Source: Chiloscyllium plagiosum (taxonomy: Eukaryota). From it: a stretch of 64,000 nt of DNA. The stretch is from positions 4,330,522 to 4,394,521 of the forward strand of contig NC_057760.1 in the NCBI RefSeq assembly GCF_004010195.1. The letters are read 5' to 3'. How positions within the stretch are numbered: position 1 is the first letter of the stretch; each line of letters begins with the position of its first letter. The notes under the pieces were generated by a model. It saw only the letters and a list, made by a program, of their open reading frames with translations, had not been told where the DNA came from and did not search any database. Positions 1-11,512 of this stretch are shown here, one piece after another. A program made the translations under genes and the position numbers.

Positions 1-360
1 CAAACACTGCCCCATCCAATCTACTTGATCTAAAGAGCTTCCAATCAATATTTGGGAAGTTGAAATCGCCCATGACTACTACCCTGTGGCTTCTGCACCT
101 TTCCAAAATCTGTTTCCCAATCTGTTTCTCCACATCTCTACTGCTATTGGGGGGCCTATAGTAAACAAACAAGGTGACTGCACCTTTCCTATTTCTGACT
201 TCAGCCCATACTACCTCTAAAGGCAGATCCCCCTCGAACTGCCTTTCTGCAGCTGTTATACCATTTCTAATTAGCAACGCCACCCCCCCTCCTTTTTTAC
301 CACCCTCCCTAATCCTACTGAAACATCTGTAACCAGGAACCTCCAACAACCAATTGTGTC
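1..360 (-). mobile_element. CR1-type LINE fragment, APE endonuclease region
   Basis: Minus strand reads RVVVMGDF-NFPNIDW-like motifs. Confidence 0.8.
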
Positions 361-1230
361 CTCCAGGATATTCAAATCTATGTTCTATTTGGTCCATCTC
401 TGAAATTAAATCTCCCTGGATACAATATTTCTGCTGCCATGTCCTCCTCCTGTAATTATTTATTTTCCCTGTTTTAAAGGCTTCTAATTCTGTGGGATAG
501 CAATGCTGCTGCTGTGTGATGCTATACTGGAAGCATTTAGTCAAAATGAAAGATTATTGCTTTTTTTCTCATGTCTCTAGATGAATCCCTCAATTGTGGC
601 CTCAATAAATCACTCTTGTTTCCTTAACAGCTTTATTGGATGAATCTTACTCTTCATGACTCTCGAAGATGTCACTGTTCCTTTGATACAAATTCTCTCT
701 GACTGCAGCTCTAAATTATAATCCTTGTTGCTTTCACTGTTTTTATTCTGGATGGATTGTGTGCAGTTTATGTGGATGCTTTTTGTCTTTACTGCAATTT
801 AAGTACTGTAAAGGATCACATATATTTTCTGTGGCTGCAACAGTCTAACTTTCTCTTTGCATTTCTTGGCTGAACCTGCTTAGGCTTCTAAATTAACCCT
901 CGAATGCATGAATTTGGGATTTGCAACTTTTGAAGGCGTATGGCCTTGGTTTAAGTTGCTGTCACAGCTCTTGATTTCCTTGACTGGAGCTGTGCCTCAT
1001 GGTGCCAGCTCCTATTACAATAATGCTTGATCTCAGTTGTAAGTATTTTGCTTATATCTGCCTTTCCCAACTTGTAAATCACATTTTAAAGGTTTCCCAT
1101 TGTCCATTTGATCCTCCAATGCCTATTTGTTCACTGGCTAAACTTTGATTCGACCAGTGTAACAGATCATGGGTATGCAGTGTAACCTGAAACTGTCTTG
1201 ATGTGACAAATAGCCCAACTCCAGAGAATG

Positions 1231-1348
1231 ATTCCTGAAGAAGGGCTTATGCCCGAAACGTCGATTCTCCTGTTCCCTGGATGCTGCCCTTTTCCAGCAA
1301 CACATCTCCGGCTCTGATCTCCAGCATCTGCAGACCTCACTTTCTCCT
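1231..1348 (+). mobile_element. Short Penelope-like terminal fragment (family A) with a 15-bp target-site duplication
   Basis: caactccagagaatg at 1216-1230 and 1349-1363; the same body recurs many times in the window. Confidence 0.8.
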
Positions 1349-1689
1349 CAACTCCAGAGAATGCCTGCCATACTCTTGCTACTACTTTTCCCTTACTGGG
1401 TCTGAAACGCTTTCTACTATGGCCTTAAGATTCTTCATTGTTGTTCCATGCAGTTTCCTTGATTGTTCAGCTCTTTCAGCCTCTGATTGTCTGCATGAGA
1501 AACCTTTTTAAAGCTGTGTCTAAAGAAATGGTCAGAAATCCACCACTGCCAATTAAATGGACTATGCATCGCTGCCACTATGTCATAACATGGTTTCTCA
1601 TCATGATGCATATTGGGTAGATTTCCCTTTCTTAATTAGGATTGATGGGAATTGCTTGGTCTAGTGTGGTTGGGGAAAAGCACTTTGTA

Positions 1690-2090
1690 GTCAAAAAGTA
1701 TAGTGCTGGAAAAGCACTGCAGGTCAGGCAGCATTCGAGGAACAGGAGAGTCATTGTTTTGAGCATAAGCCCTTCATCATGAATATGGAGGGCCCACGGG
1801 GGCTAAGAGATAAATGAAAGAGAGTTGCGGCTAGGGGGGAAGGTAACTGGGAATGCGATAGGTAGATAAAGGTGTGGGGGGTTGGGTGATGGTGATAGGT
1901 CAGAGTGGAGGGTGGAGCAGATAGGTGGGATAGAAGCTGGACAAATAGGACAATTGAAGAGGACGATGCCAGGTTGGATCTGTGACATTGATTCCATGTG
2001 GCAGAAGATAAGGTGTTCTTCCTCCAGGAGTTGGGTGGCTAGGATTTGGCAGTGGAGGAGGCCCAGGACTTGCATGTCCTTGACAGAATA
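1690..2090 (-). mobile_element. Penelope-like element fragment (family A), GIY-YIG C-terminal part plus terminal repeat
   Basis: Minus frame reads LGLLHCQ...LEEEHLIF; adjoins the family A terminal sequence. Confidence 0.7.
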
Positions 2091-2373
2091 CCTACATTCA
2101 GGATACATACATTTGGGACACCAACCATGCCCTGCACCTCCTCCATGACATTTGTTTCCCCGGCCCCCAACGCCTCATCTTCGCTGCATGTGTGCGCGCA
2201 CGTGTGTGTCTGGACGGGAAGAGAGAGAGAAAGAGAGAGTGTGTGTGTGTGTGTGTATATGTATGTGTGTGTGTATAGAGAGAGAAAGTGTATAGTGTAG
2301 TGAGGTCACCTGTAGTGTGACATGTGTGACACATATACACACACACTCTTACATACTCACACACTCATGCAGA

Positions 2374-2538
2374 CCACCAGGTTATAGTCCGACAGGTTTA
2401 TTTGGAAGCACTAGCTTTCAAAGCGCTGCTCCTTTACCAGGTAGCTAGTGCTTCCAAATAAACCTGTTGGACTATAACCTGGTGGTGTGTGATTTTTAAC
2501 TTTGTCCACCCCAGTCCAACACCGGCACCTCCACATCT
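2374..2538. mobile_element. Inverted pair of Penelope-like terminal repeats (family B)
   Basis: caggttatagtccgacaggtttatttggaagcactagc is followed by its reverse complement; same family at about 12635-12840, 25285-25930, 30330-30447 and 42170-42430. Confidence 0.7.
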
Positions 2539-3953
2539 TGACTTCTCTTCACAGATTTCTTTATTATTTCTGGTTTACAGCATTCAGTTTTCACTATATA
2601 TCACTTCATCGGTTATAAAATACTTTGAGATGGTCTTGAGGCGGTCAGAAATGTACGAAAATGAGTCAACTCATCAATCTCATGATATTACTCTCTTTCA
2701 CATATCAGGTTCATGGCTTTTCAATCAATCTCTTCAACCACCTTTCATCCACCTGTTCACTACTCGAAGGCTCTCTGTGATTTACTACCTTACATCATCA
2801 TTCACACAATGAAATTCACTTGGCAATTTTCTCCATACGATCCTCACTGCACCGTAACACTGAATTTACAGTCATAACTCAATGATTCTGCTTTTAGCCA
2901 CATGCCATGATTTCCAGACTCTCACTGCAGAATGCCCCGGGACTGGGCACTGTCCTGACAGTGCTAACTCCTAGCTATGGCACTGCTGGGTTCGTGTCAG
3001 TTCACTGTCGAGAGTGTGGTGCTGGAAAAGCACAGCAAGTCAGGCAACATCCGAGGAAGCAGGAGAATCGATGTTTTGGGCAATAGCCCTTTATCAGGAA
3101 TGAGGCTTGTGGGTCGGGGAGCTGAGAGATAAATGGGAGGGGGATGGGGCTGGGGGTAAGGTAGCTGAGAATGTGATAGGTAGATGAAGACGGAGGGAAA
3201 ATAAAAGTAAATGATCTGATCACAATAAAAAATAAAGTAGTGGCTTACTGACTGTGACTTCCCACATCACAGGTTATCGCCAGCTGTACTTTACTTTCTT
3301 CAAGGTCACTATCCTATTAGTTTTCTGCCCAGGGGCTACTGAAGAATACCTTACTGCTCTGAAAACCTCTGTCCAATATCTTACCTACCCATCTGGAGGG
3401 AGCAGTGGATCTTGATGTGTTAATGACATACGGAAACAAAACATTCTCAGCGCCTGAGGTGGTCTGCAGTGCAGGAATCAAATAAACCAAGATTGTTCAA
3501 GGCCATTATCCGATTATACATTAAGTTATACATACAAATGTTGTAAATGATAGATTCCCCAAAGGAATCCAGAAAAAAAATTGATCTACTCAGTCATGAA
3601 AATATGGAACTTGCTACCACAAGCTGTAAGCAAGGCCCATGGTATGGATGTATATGGAAGCAAAACAGAATAAACACACAAGGGAGAAATGAAAAGACAT
3701 ACTGAAAGGATGGGTTGAATACGGAGAGGAGTAGGCTCATTTGGAATATAAATACAGCAATGGAACAGTTAGGCTGAATTGCCCATTTCTAAACTGTATG
3801 ATTGAGGTAACAGAAAACCACAAATGAGGAATGGTGGATGGACTGTCAGTCTCTGGAAGCCAACTCATGAGTGGAACACCTTGGAAGAACAAATTAAAGA
3901 TGTGACCTTGACATCCAGCATCAGCAAGGTATTAATTGAAAATTTCTCCTTAC

Positions 3954-4014
3954 TTGCATTCTTCAGGTACTTCACAGTAGCCACGGGTCTCGTGACAACC
4001 TTGTTTACATACCG
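3954..4014 (-). CDS. jag: Jagged-family exon 5, EGF1/DOS (AVCKQGCHETRGYCEVPEECK)
   Basis: Acceptor ttctcgtag|CG, donor AA|gtaagg; 61 bp, phase 1/2; AVCKQGC as in JAG2. Exon 6 was not found in 1-3953, so it probably lies outside the window. Confidence 0.95.
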
Positions 4015-6299
4015 CTACGAGAAAAGAAATCAAAATAAATAATTTGAGCACAACAAACCATAAAGTAGTGGCTTACTGACTGTGACTTTCCACATCACAG
4101 GTTATCGCCAGCTGTACTTTACTTTCTTCAAGGTCACTATCCTATTAGTTTCCTGCCCAGGGACTACTGAAGAATACCTCACCAAAGATTTCTGAATATA
4201 TTTATGCTCTGGGTTGCCCCAGTTGCTCCTGTAGGTTTAATACTTGACTATTGTAAAGGAGGAACATTACAAGAAACTCACTTTCCTGTTCCATTATTTT
4301 GACTCAGACCCTGCATTGGAGCTCAAATAATTTCCAATGCCATTCAACTGCTTTGTTTTCCAGGAGCACAGCAGATGCCTGCTCAGTCCAGCACACATTA
4401 GCCTTGGCTTAGTGATAACACTTTTGGAGTTAAAACATCACAGGTTTAGGTTCCACACCAGGGCTTCATTCAGCACATTATCCAGGCAGGACAATGGATC
4501 GCAGCACTACTGTGGTATTACCTGAAGAATGAGACATTAAACTAAGACACTATACCACCTGGGAAGGGAGGGGAGAGATACAAAATATATCATAGGACTA
4601 TTCCCAGAGAAGCAGGTGAATCTGGTTTATTGAATAATGTTTCTCTCTAAACCAAAAACCACAATCAGATCTTGCTGTATGAAACTTGTTGCATTTGCTA
4701 ACAAAACAGGAACTACACAAGAAAATTAATTAAGTCACAGAAGCAATGTGGTTGATTCTTAAATGTCCCCTGAAAGGGGGTGCCACTTCATTGTAATGGC
4801 TTGCACTTTGGATGCACCTTTCCCATATGGACTTCGGAGGTTCAGTCCACCATATACCTTTCAAGGGCAATTAGGGATCCATGATAAATGCTGGCCTTGC
4901 CAATGACACTCACATCCCAAGGACAGATCGAAAACAAACATGCTGTAGAAACTGAGGATGTGAAAGCAACTACAGGTACACAAAATTATTTGGAGCAGGA
5001 AGTCTAAATTACCATAAATCAAGTGGAGACAAGCTACTTTGGATGCATTATATCCCAATTGAAAGATTACATAAATCTCTCAGACTCCGGGAAATGGCAC
5101 TCAAATTCACAGCATTTAGCTGATTTGATACACTCTCAAGCAGGTTTTCAAAGTCTGCAGATCCAGTTAATTATTAGAGTTAAAGACATTAACAGCATCA
5201 CTCGAATTGGATGCATGTTGATTGATTCCTTTGGCTATTCTCTCAATTTATTTTCCGTTCTGAAGGCATTAACACAGCATTGAGCAAATCTCGCAGTCAC
5301 AGGGAGCCCACTTCAATGTTGATTCAGTTCAGGTCAGCTCCCCTGAAATCCTGCTCAACATCAATTTCAAAATAATCTATTGAAGGGTGAGCTACGGATC
5401 TGGTCAGACTCCCTCAAAATATTTTAAGAAGATAGCCTAGACCCAGCTTTTCCTTATTTTAAAGTTAGATGTGAAGTGAGTGTTCCAGGAGTGATGCAAC
5501 TTGTGAGAAACGAAGCTCACTGTTCAATAATTTCAGTCCAAGTCAAATTCTGAAGCAGTCTATATTCATATGTTCTTGCAAGCCGGGTGACCATAAAGTA
5601 GGCTCCTCGATCGGGAGGTTACATTACAACTTATACAGTTCAGTTGAGTGTCTCGGTACTCCCCTTTTACTTCATATCTGATAGTTGTATTGCTCTGTGC
5701 AACTGCTAATCTAATCGGCTTACCACATCTATCTGTGGCCTGTTGTTGGCGTGCAACCCTCCTGCCCCCCCCTCCCCCCTTGATAGCTGGGTCTTATTAC
5801 TTTTGCTGATGCAACACTGGGTCTTATTTGGTTATCTTGTTCATACTAACTCCCTAGATGTGTGACAATTGCAACTGTCATGTCAACACATCTGTTTCTA
5901 CCAGTTGACCACCTCCCTTTTCGGTTAGTTATTTCTTGGTATATACCCTCATGATTCCGCCTTGCAGTTTTTGCAGAAGCAAGATACAGCATATCTAGCT
6001 TAACATACACACAACCCTCCTTAGTTCAGGGAACTGCCTGAACAATCTTAATACCAGTTCACAACCCATCTCAAGCAAGTCATACACTTGGCTCTGCCTT
6101 ATTTACCAAGAAAGTGAAGGAAGACTATTGCTTATTATGCCACACATTATTATGCCAAAAACTCTCCAAACAATAAATAACAAATTACTCCATTGAATTG
6201 GTAGATGAAATGGTTAATTTGTACAGAACAATGTTGGATCTGATTGAGTAATGGAAGCGGTGATGATGAAATTGGATTTGTTTTCAAGGGAAATACATT

Positions 6300-6985
6300 T
6301 GCAGGGTCATGGGGATAGAGGAGGGATTGGCAATAGAGCAGGGGATTGGGATAGAACAGGGAATGGGGGAATATAGTAGGGCCACGGGGACACAGCAGGG
6401 CCATGGAGATAGAGTAGGGCCACAGGGATAGAGCAGGGAATGGGAAGAGAGCAGGGAATGGGGATAGAGCTGGGCCATGGGGATTGAGCAGGGAATGGGG
6501 ATAGAGCAGGGAATGGGTATAGCAGAGGTTGGGGATAAAGCAGCACCAAAGGGATAGAGCAGTGTCATGGGGATACAGCAGGGCCAAAGCGATAAAGCAG
6601 GGAATAGGAAGAGGGCAGGGGATGGGGATAGAGCAGTGCCATGGGGATAGAGCTGGGCTAAGGTGATAGAATAGGCTATGGGGATTGATCAGGGCCATGG
6701 GGATACAGCAGGTCCACGGGGATAGAGCAGGGAATGGGGATAGAGCAAGGAATGGGGATTGAGTATGGCCACGGGGTTAGAGCAGGGCCACAGGGATTGA
6801 GCAGGTCCATGAGAATAGAGCAGGACCATGGGGATAGAGCAGGAACATGGGGGTAGAGCAGGGCTATGGGGATTGCACAGTGCCACAGGGATAGAGCAGG
6901 GAATAGGGATAGAGCAGAGCCATGGGGATAAAGCAGGGCCATGGGGATTGAGCAGGGGTGAGATGGAGCAGGGCATGGGGCTGCT
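6300..6985. repeat. Purine-rich minisatellite, 18-20 bp degenerate units (ggggatagagcagggccatg / ggggatagagcagggaatg)
   Basis: Tandem units directly visible; they explain the low-complexity ORFs at 6150-7043. Confidence 0.93.
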
Positions 6986-8021
6986 CTATAGAGAGGTGAT
7001 GCAGACTCAATGGGCTGATTGGCTTCGTTCTGTGCTACCATGACTCTATGACTTATTTAACTGATTACTTTTGGAGCTGGCTATTTATGTCTGAGTTGTT
7101 GAGTTTCCGACACCTCTAACCCTACTTCATTGTTATCTGATAATTTGGGAAATTCTGAGGTCATGTGGGTGCTATGGGAAACATATTAACACAAATATCA
7201 AGGTTCCTTCTTGAAATGAGGTAAAGGAAAGGGAGGGTTTAGACACGTATTAACTAGAATTTATTAATTTATCAAGTTGCCTTAATTCAGGTTCAGCCAG
7301 AATGATGTAACCAGAGGGTGCAATCTAAAATTTATGAAATGTCAAAGGTTAAAAATCTTCCTTCTCAGAAAGAATAATTCAGGCTAGAAAATTGGAGAGA
7401 AGAGGCAAGAAACAGAACACAGTGAAATAGTTTGTCTCATGTCTAAGTATTTTGCAATCTCGACCTGTTTCCCTTTTAGGGCAGTGACAGTCAGCTCAAG
7501 GATTGAATGCCCTCAATTTTAGCTCTCTATACTCCACATGAGCCAGCTCCATCTCTCTGTGGGGAAAAAACACGATTCTGTCCCCAGCAGAGTGTGGCAC
7601 AGGTTGGACAGTGAGAAACAGGTCTCAGTAACTGAATATGGTCAAGCAGGCACTCAGATTGTGCCCAGCCCAAATCTGACTAAAACATGTGACATGGTGT
7701 CCCTGGTCCATCCCTGGCCTGGCCTAAACCCTTCCAAAATTGATCAAGATTCAGTGCCACTATGAATACACTAAGTATGCAGCGAACTAAAATAATTTCC
7801 CAAACTAAAGGAAGTTAGGATTATTTTTAGCAGCGTTCACATCCTCAGATGCAATAACATTTCCACTAATGTCTGTATCCTGGTGAGGATGACTTCAAAT
7901 CGGCTGGGGGTTTGGGGGAGGGGAGGTTCACGATAAATGCCTTTTTATAACTGCTACCTTTTGAGTCAAGTTCCTAAAAGCAAACTCCACTCAATTTTGG
8001 ATTATGTTAAAGGTCTCCTAC

Positions 8022-8276
8022 CTTGAGCACATTGTGGTCCAATCCACCCCTCCACACAGACTTTGTTTCCAACTGAATCACACATATAGTGGCCAAAGAA
8101 GTCATTGCGTGGCCGGCATAGCTTGTTGCAGCCCAAACCATAGTAATTTTCATCACACAGTACACGGACATTGTAGTCAATACGTGCGATTCGACCCTGG
8201 TGCCGTTGGTGTTGCCATTGCTCCCCTGGATTAATCATTCCTGAATGAATGACCCTCTCAATCAACTGCTGGGTTC
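8022..8276 (-). CDS. jag: Jagged-family exon 4, end of C2 plus DSL domain (TQQLIERVIHSGMINP...RVLCDENYYGLGCNKLCRPRNDFFGHYMCDSVGNKVCVEGWIGPQCAQ)
   Basis: Acceptor ctctgcag|GA, donor G|gtagga; 255 bp, phase 1/1; six DSL cysteines and the CRPR.DFFGH motif. Confidence 0.97.
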
Positions 8277-8532
8277 CTGCAGAGATAGAACAGCCACCAA
8301 AGATTCATAAATTTCAACTAAATTAAGACCAAATACTCCCAAGTCAGCTCCAAATCAGAGACATTCGTTTGAGATCAAGTATTTGAATATTTTTAAACAT
8401 GGTGTTTTGTAATTGTAATGTGCTTGAGTGCAATGCAAGGGGCTGATGGGTGTGAATTCCAGCCCCCCCACCCCCACCAATCTTGTGCCTGACCCAATGC
8501 TGGACTCATTGATAAAGACTGATCACTAGGAT

Positions 8533-9026
8533 CACCTCCCCCTCACTTCCCTCCAAGGCCCCAAGGGATCCTTCCATATCTGTCACAAATTCACCTGCAC
8601 CTCCACATACATCATTCACTGCATCCGCTGCACCCGATGTGGCCTCCTTTACATTGGGGAGACAGGCCGCCTACTTGCGGAACATTTCAGAGAACACCTC
8701 TGGGACACCCGCACCAACCAANNNNNNNNNNNNNNNNNNNNNNNNNNNNNNNNNNNNNNCTCAGCACCGCCTCCTTGACCTGCAATCTTCTTCCCCACCT
8801 CTCCGCCCCCACCCCTCTCTGGCCTATCACTCTCACCTTAACTTCCTTCCACCTATCGCATTCCCAACGCCTCTCCCCCAAGTCCATCCTCCCTATCTTT
8901 TATCTTAGCCTGCTTGGCACACCTTCCTCATTCCTGAAGAAGGGCTTATGCCCAAAACGTCAATTCTCCTGCTCCTTGGATGCTGCCTGACCTACTGCCC
9001 TTTTCCAGCAACACATTTTTCAGCTC
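8533..9026 (+). mobile_element. Penelope-like element (family A), GIY-YIG endonuclease remnant
   Basis: Reads FTCTSTYIIHCIRCTRCGLLYIGETGRLLAEHFREHL; flanked by ctgatcactaggat / ctgatcactgggat (probable TSD); contains N gap 8722-8759. Confidence 0.85.
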
Positions 9027-9059
9027 TGATCACTGGGATTGGTTAATGGCTCCACTACT

Positions 9060-11512
9060 AGTGCACTATGTCACTTCTAGGACTAATGTTAAAGTCAAAG
9101 AGGGGGCATATAAATTGGCCAGAAAAAACAGCAAGCCTGAGGACTGGGAGAAATTTAACATTCAGCAGAGGACAAAGTATTTATTTTGAAGGGGAAAATA
9201 CAGTATGAAAGTTTGCTTGCGGAAAAGATAAAAACTGATTGCAAAAGCTTCTATAGACATGTGAAGAGAAAAGGACTGGTGAAGATAAATGTAGGTCCCT
9301 TGCAATTAGGATCAGGTGAATTCATAATGGACAACAAAGAAATGGCAAATGAGTTGAACAAATTCTAAGGAGGACACAAATAACCTTTCAGAAATGGTAG
9401 GGGACAGACGGTCAAGCATGAAGGAGGAATTGAAGGTAATCCTTAGTGGTCAGGAAATGGTATTGGGGAAATTGACGGAATTAAAACCCAATAAATTCCC
9501 AGGGCCTGTTGCTCTGCATCCCAGAGTAGCCCTAGAAATAGCAGATGCATTGGTGATCATCTTCCAACATTCTGTAGACTGTGGAAGAGTTCCAATGGAC
9601 TGGAGGATGGCTAATGTAACCCCACTTTTTAAAAAGGAAGAAGAGAGAAAATGGGGAATTGTAGATCAAGTAGCCTGATGTTGGTGGTGAGGAAAACGCT
9701 GGAGTCAATTATTAAGGATGTAATAACTGAGCATTTGAAAAGCAGTGACAGAATCAGCCCAGGTCAGCAGGGATTCACGAAAGGGAAATTGTGATTGACA
9801 TATTTAAGGGGGTGGGTGGGATGATGGCTCAATGGTTAGCATTGTTGCCTCACAATGCCAAGGACTTGGGCTCAATTCTAGCCTTGGGCGACTGTCTGTG
9901 AGGAGTTTGCACATTCTCCCTGTATTTGCGTGAGTTTCCTGCCGGTGCTCTGGTTTCCTCCCACAGTCCAATGATGTGCAGGTCAGGTGAATTGGCCATG
10001 CTAAATTGCCCATAGTGCAATAGTCAGAGGGAAATGGGTCTGGGTGGGTTACTCTTCAGAGGGTCGGTGTGGACTTGTTGGACCGAAGGGCCTGTTCCCA
10101 CACTGTAGGGAATCTAATTAAATCTTCTGGAATGTTTTGAGGATGTGACCGGTAGAGTGGGTAAGAGTGAATTAGTCGATGTTCATAGAATCATGTGTAA
10201 CTAGACTTTCAACTTTAGATTCCCTACAATGCGGAATGAGGCCCATCAAGTCCACACCAATACTCCAAGGAGTAAACCAGAGCACCTGGAGGAAACCCAC
10301 GCAGACACAGGGAGAATGTGCAAACTCCACCCGAGGCAGGAATTGAACTTGGGACCCTTATGCTGTAAGGCAGCAGTGCTAACCACGTAGCCACTGTGCC
10401 ACCCATAGATTAGTAAGAAAAATTAAAGTTCATGGTATTGGAGGGGGTATATTGACATGGATAAAGAACTGGTTGACAGACAGAAGCAGAGATTTGAAAT
10501 AAAAAGGTATTTTTTAGAGTGGCAGGCAGTGATGAGTTGGTGTACCACAGGCTTCAGTGCTGGGACCCCAGCTATTCACAGTATACATTAACAACTTGGA
10601 TGAAGGAACTGAATCCTGTATCTCCAATTTTGCAGATGACACTTACCTGAGTGTGCTGTGAGGTGGATGGTAAGAGGCTGTAGGGTGACTTGGACAGACT
10701 GGCTCAGTTGGACAGGCTGGCTGAGTTGGCAAAAGCAATATAATGTGAATAAATGTGAGGTTATCCACTTTGGTCACAAAAACAGGAAGGCAGATTTTTA
10801 TCTGAATGGTGGCAGTTTAGGATAAGGTGAGGTACAACAAGACCTGATGTCATGGTAGAACAGTCACTGAAGATTAGCATGCAGCTGCAGTAGGCAGGGT
10901 GGAAAGCTAATAGCATGCTGGCCTTCATGGCGAGAGGATTTGAGTGTTGGAGTGAGGATGTCTTGCTGCAGTTATACAGGAACTTGATGAGGCCACACCT
11001 TGAGTATTGTGTGCTGTTTTGTGCCTGAGGAAGGACATTCTTGCTATTGAGGAAGTTCAGCAAAGGTTCACCAGACTGACTCCTGGGATGGCAGGACTGA
11101 TGAATGAGGAAAGACTAGATCAACTGAGCTTGTACTTACTGGAATTTAGAAGAATGAATAGGGATCTCATAGAAACCTGATGGGACTGGACAGGCTAGAT
11201 ACAGGTAGTATGTTCGCAATATTGGGGAAGTCCAGAACTAGGGGTCACAGTCTAAGAATAAGGGGTAAGCCATTCAGGACTGACATGAGGAAGAATTTCT
11301 TCACGTTGAGAGTTGCGAACCTCTGGAATTCTCTCCCACAGGAAGTTCATTGCATATATTCAAGAGCGAGCAGGACGTGGCCCTAGAGGCTAAAAGGATC
11401 AAAGGGTATAGGGAGAAAGTGGGAATGGGATTCTGAAATTGTATGATCAGTCACGATCATATTGAATGGTAGTGCAGGCTCAAAGGGCCAAATGACCTAC
11501 TCTATGTTTCTA
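9060..11512 (+). mobile_element. Degenerate CR1 LINE ORF2 (RT) to the 3' end, interrupted by two SINEs
   Basis: Fragments DWRMANVTPLFKK, FADDT, RPHLEYC, SRTRGHSLRIRG..FRT.MRKNFFT.RV.NLWNSLP. Confidence 0.9.
9808..10120 (+). mobile_element. tRNA-derived SINE (HE1-like)
   Basis: A-box/B-box-like head (tggctcaatggttagc...gggctcaattc) and a CR1-like tail; homologous to about 10210-10405(-), 33190-33525(-), 53837-54163(-) and 58515-58775(+). Confidence 0.8.

Noticed and set aside
361..1215. Possible Jagged exon 6 or another coding remnant
   Set aside because: No C..GW.G..C...PGCVHG pattern found on the minus strand; probably an old repeat that I could not classify.
6150..7043. Several overlapping Pro/Cys-rich ORFs
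   Set aside because: They are translations of the minisatellite.
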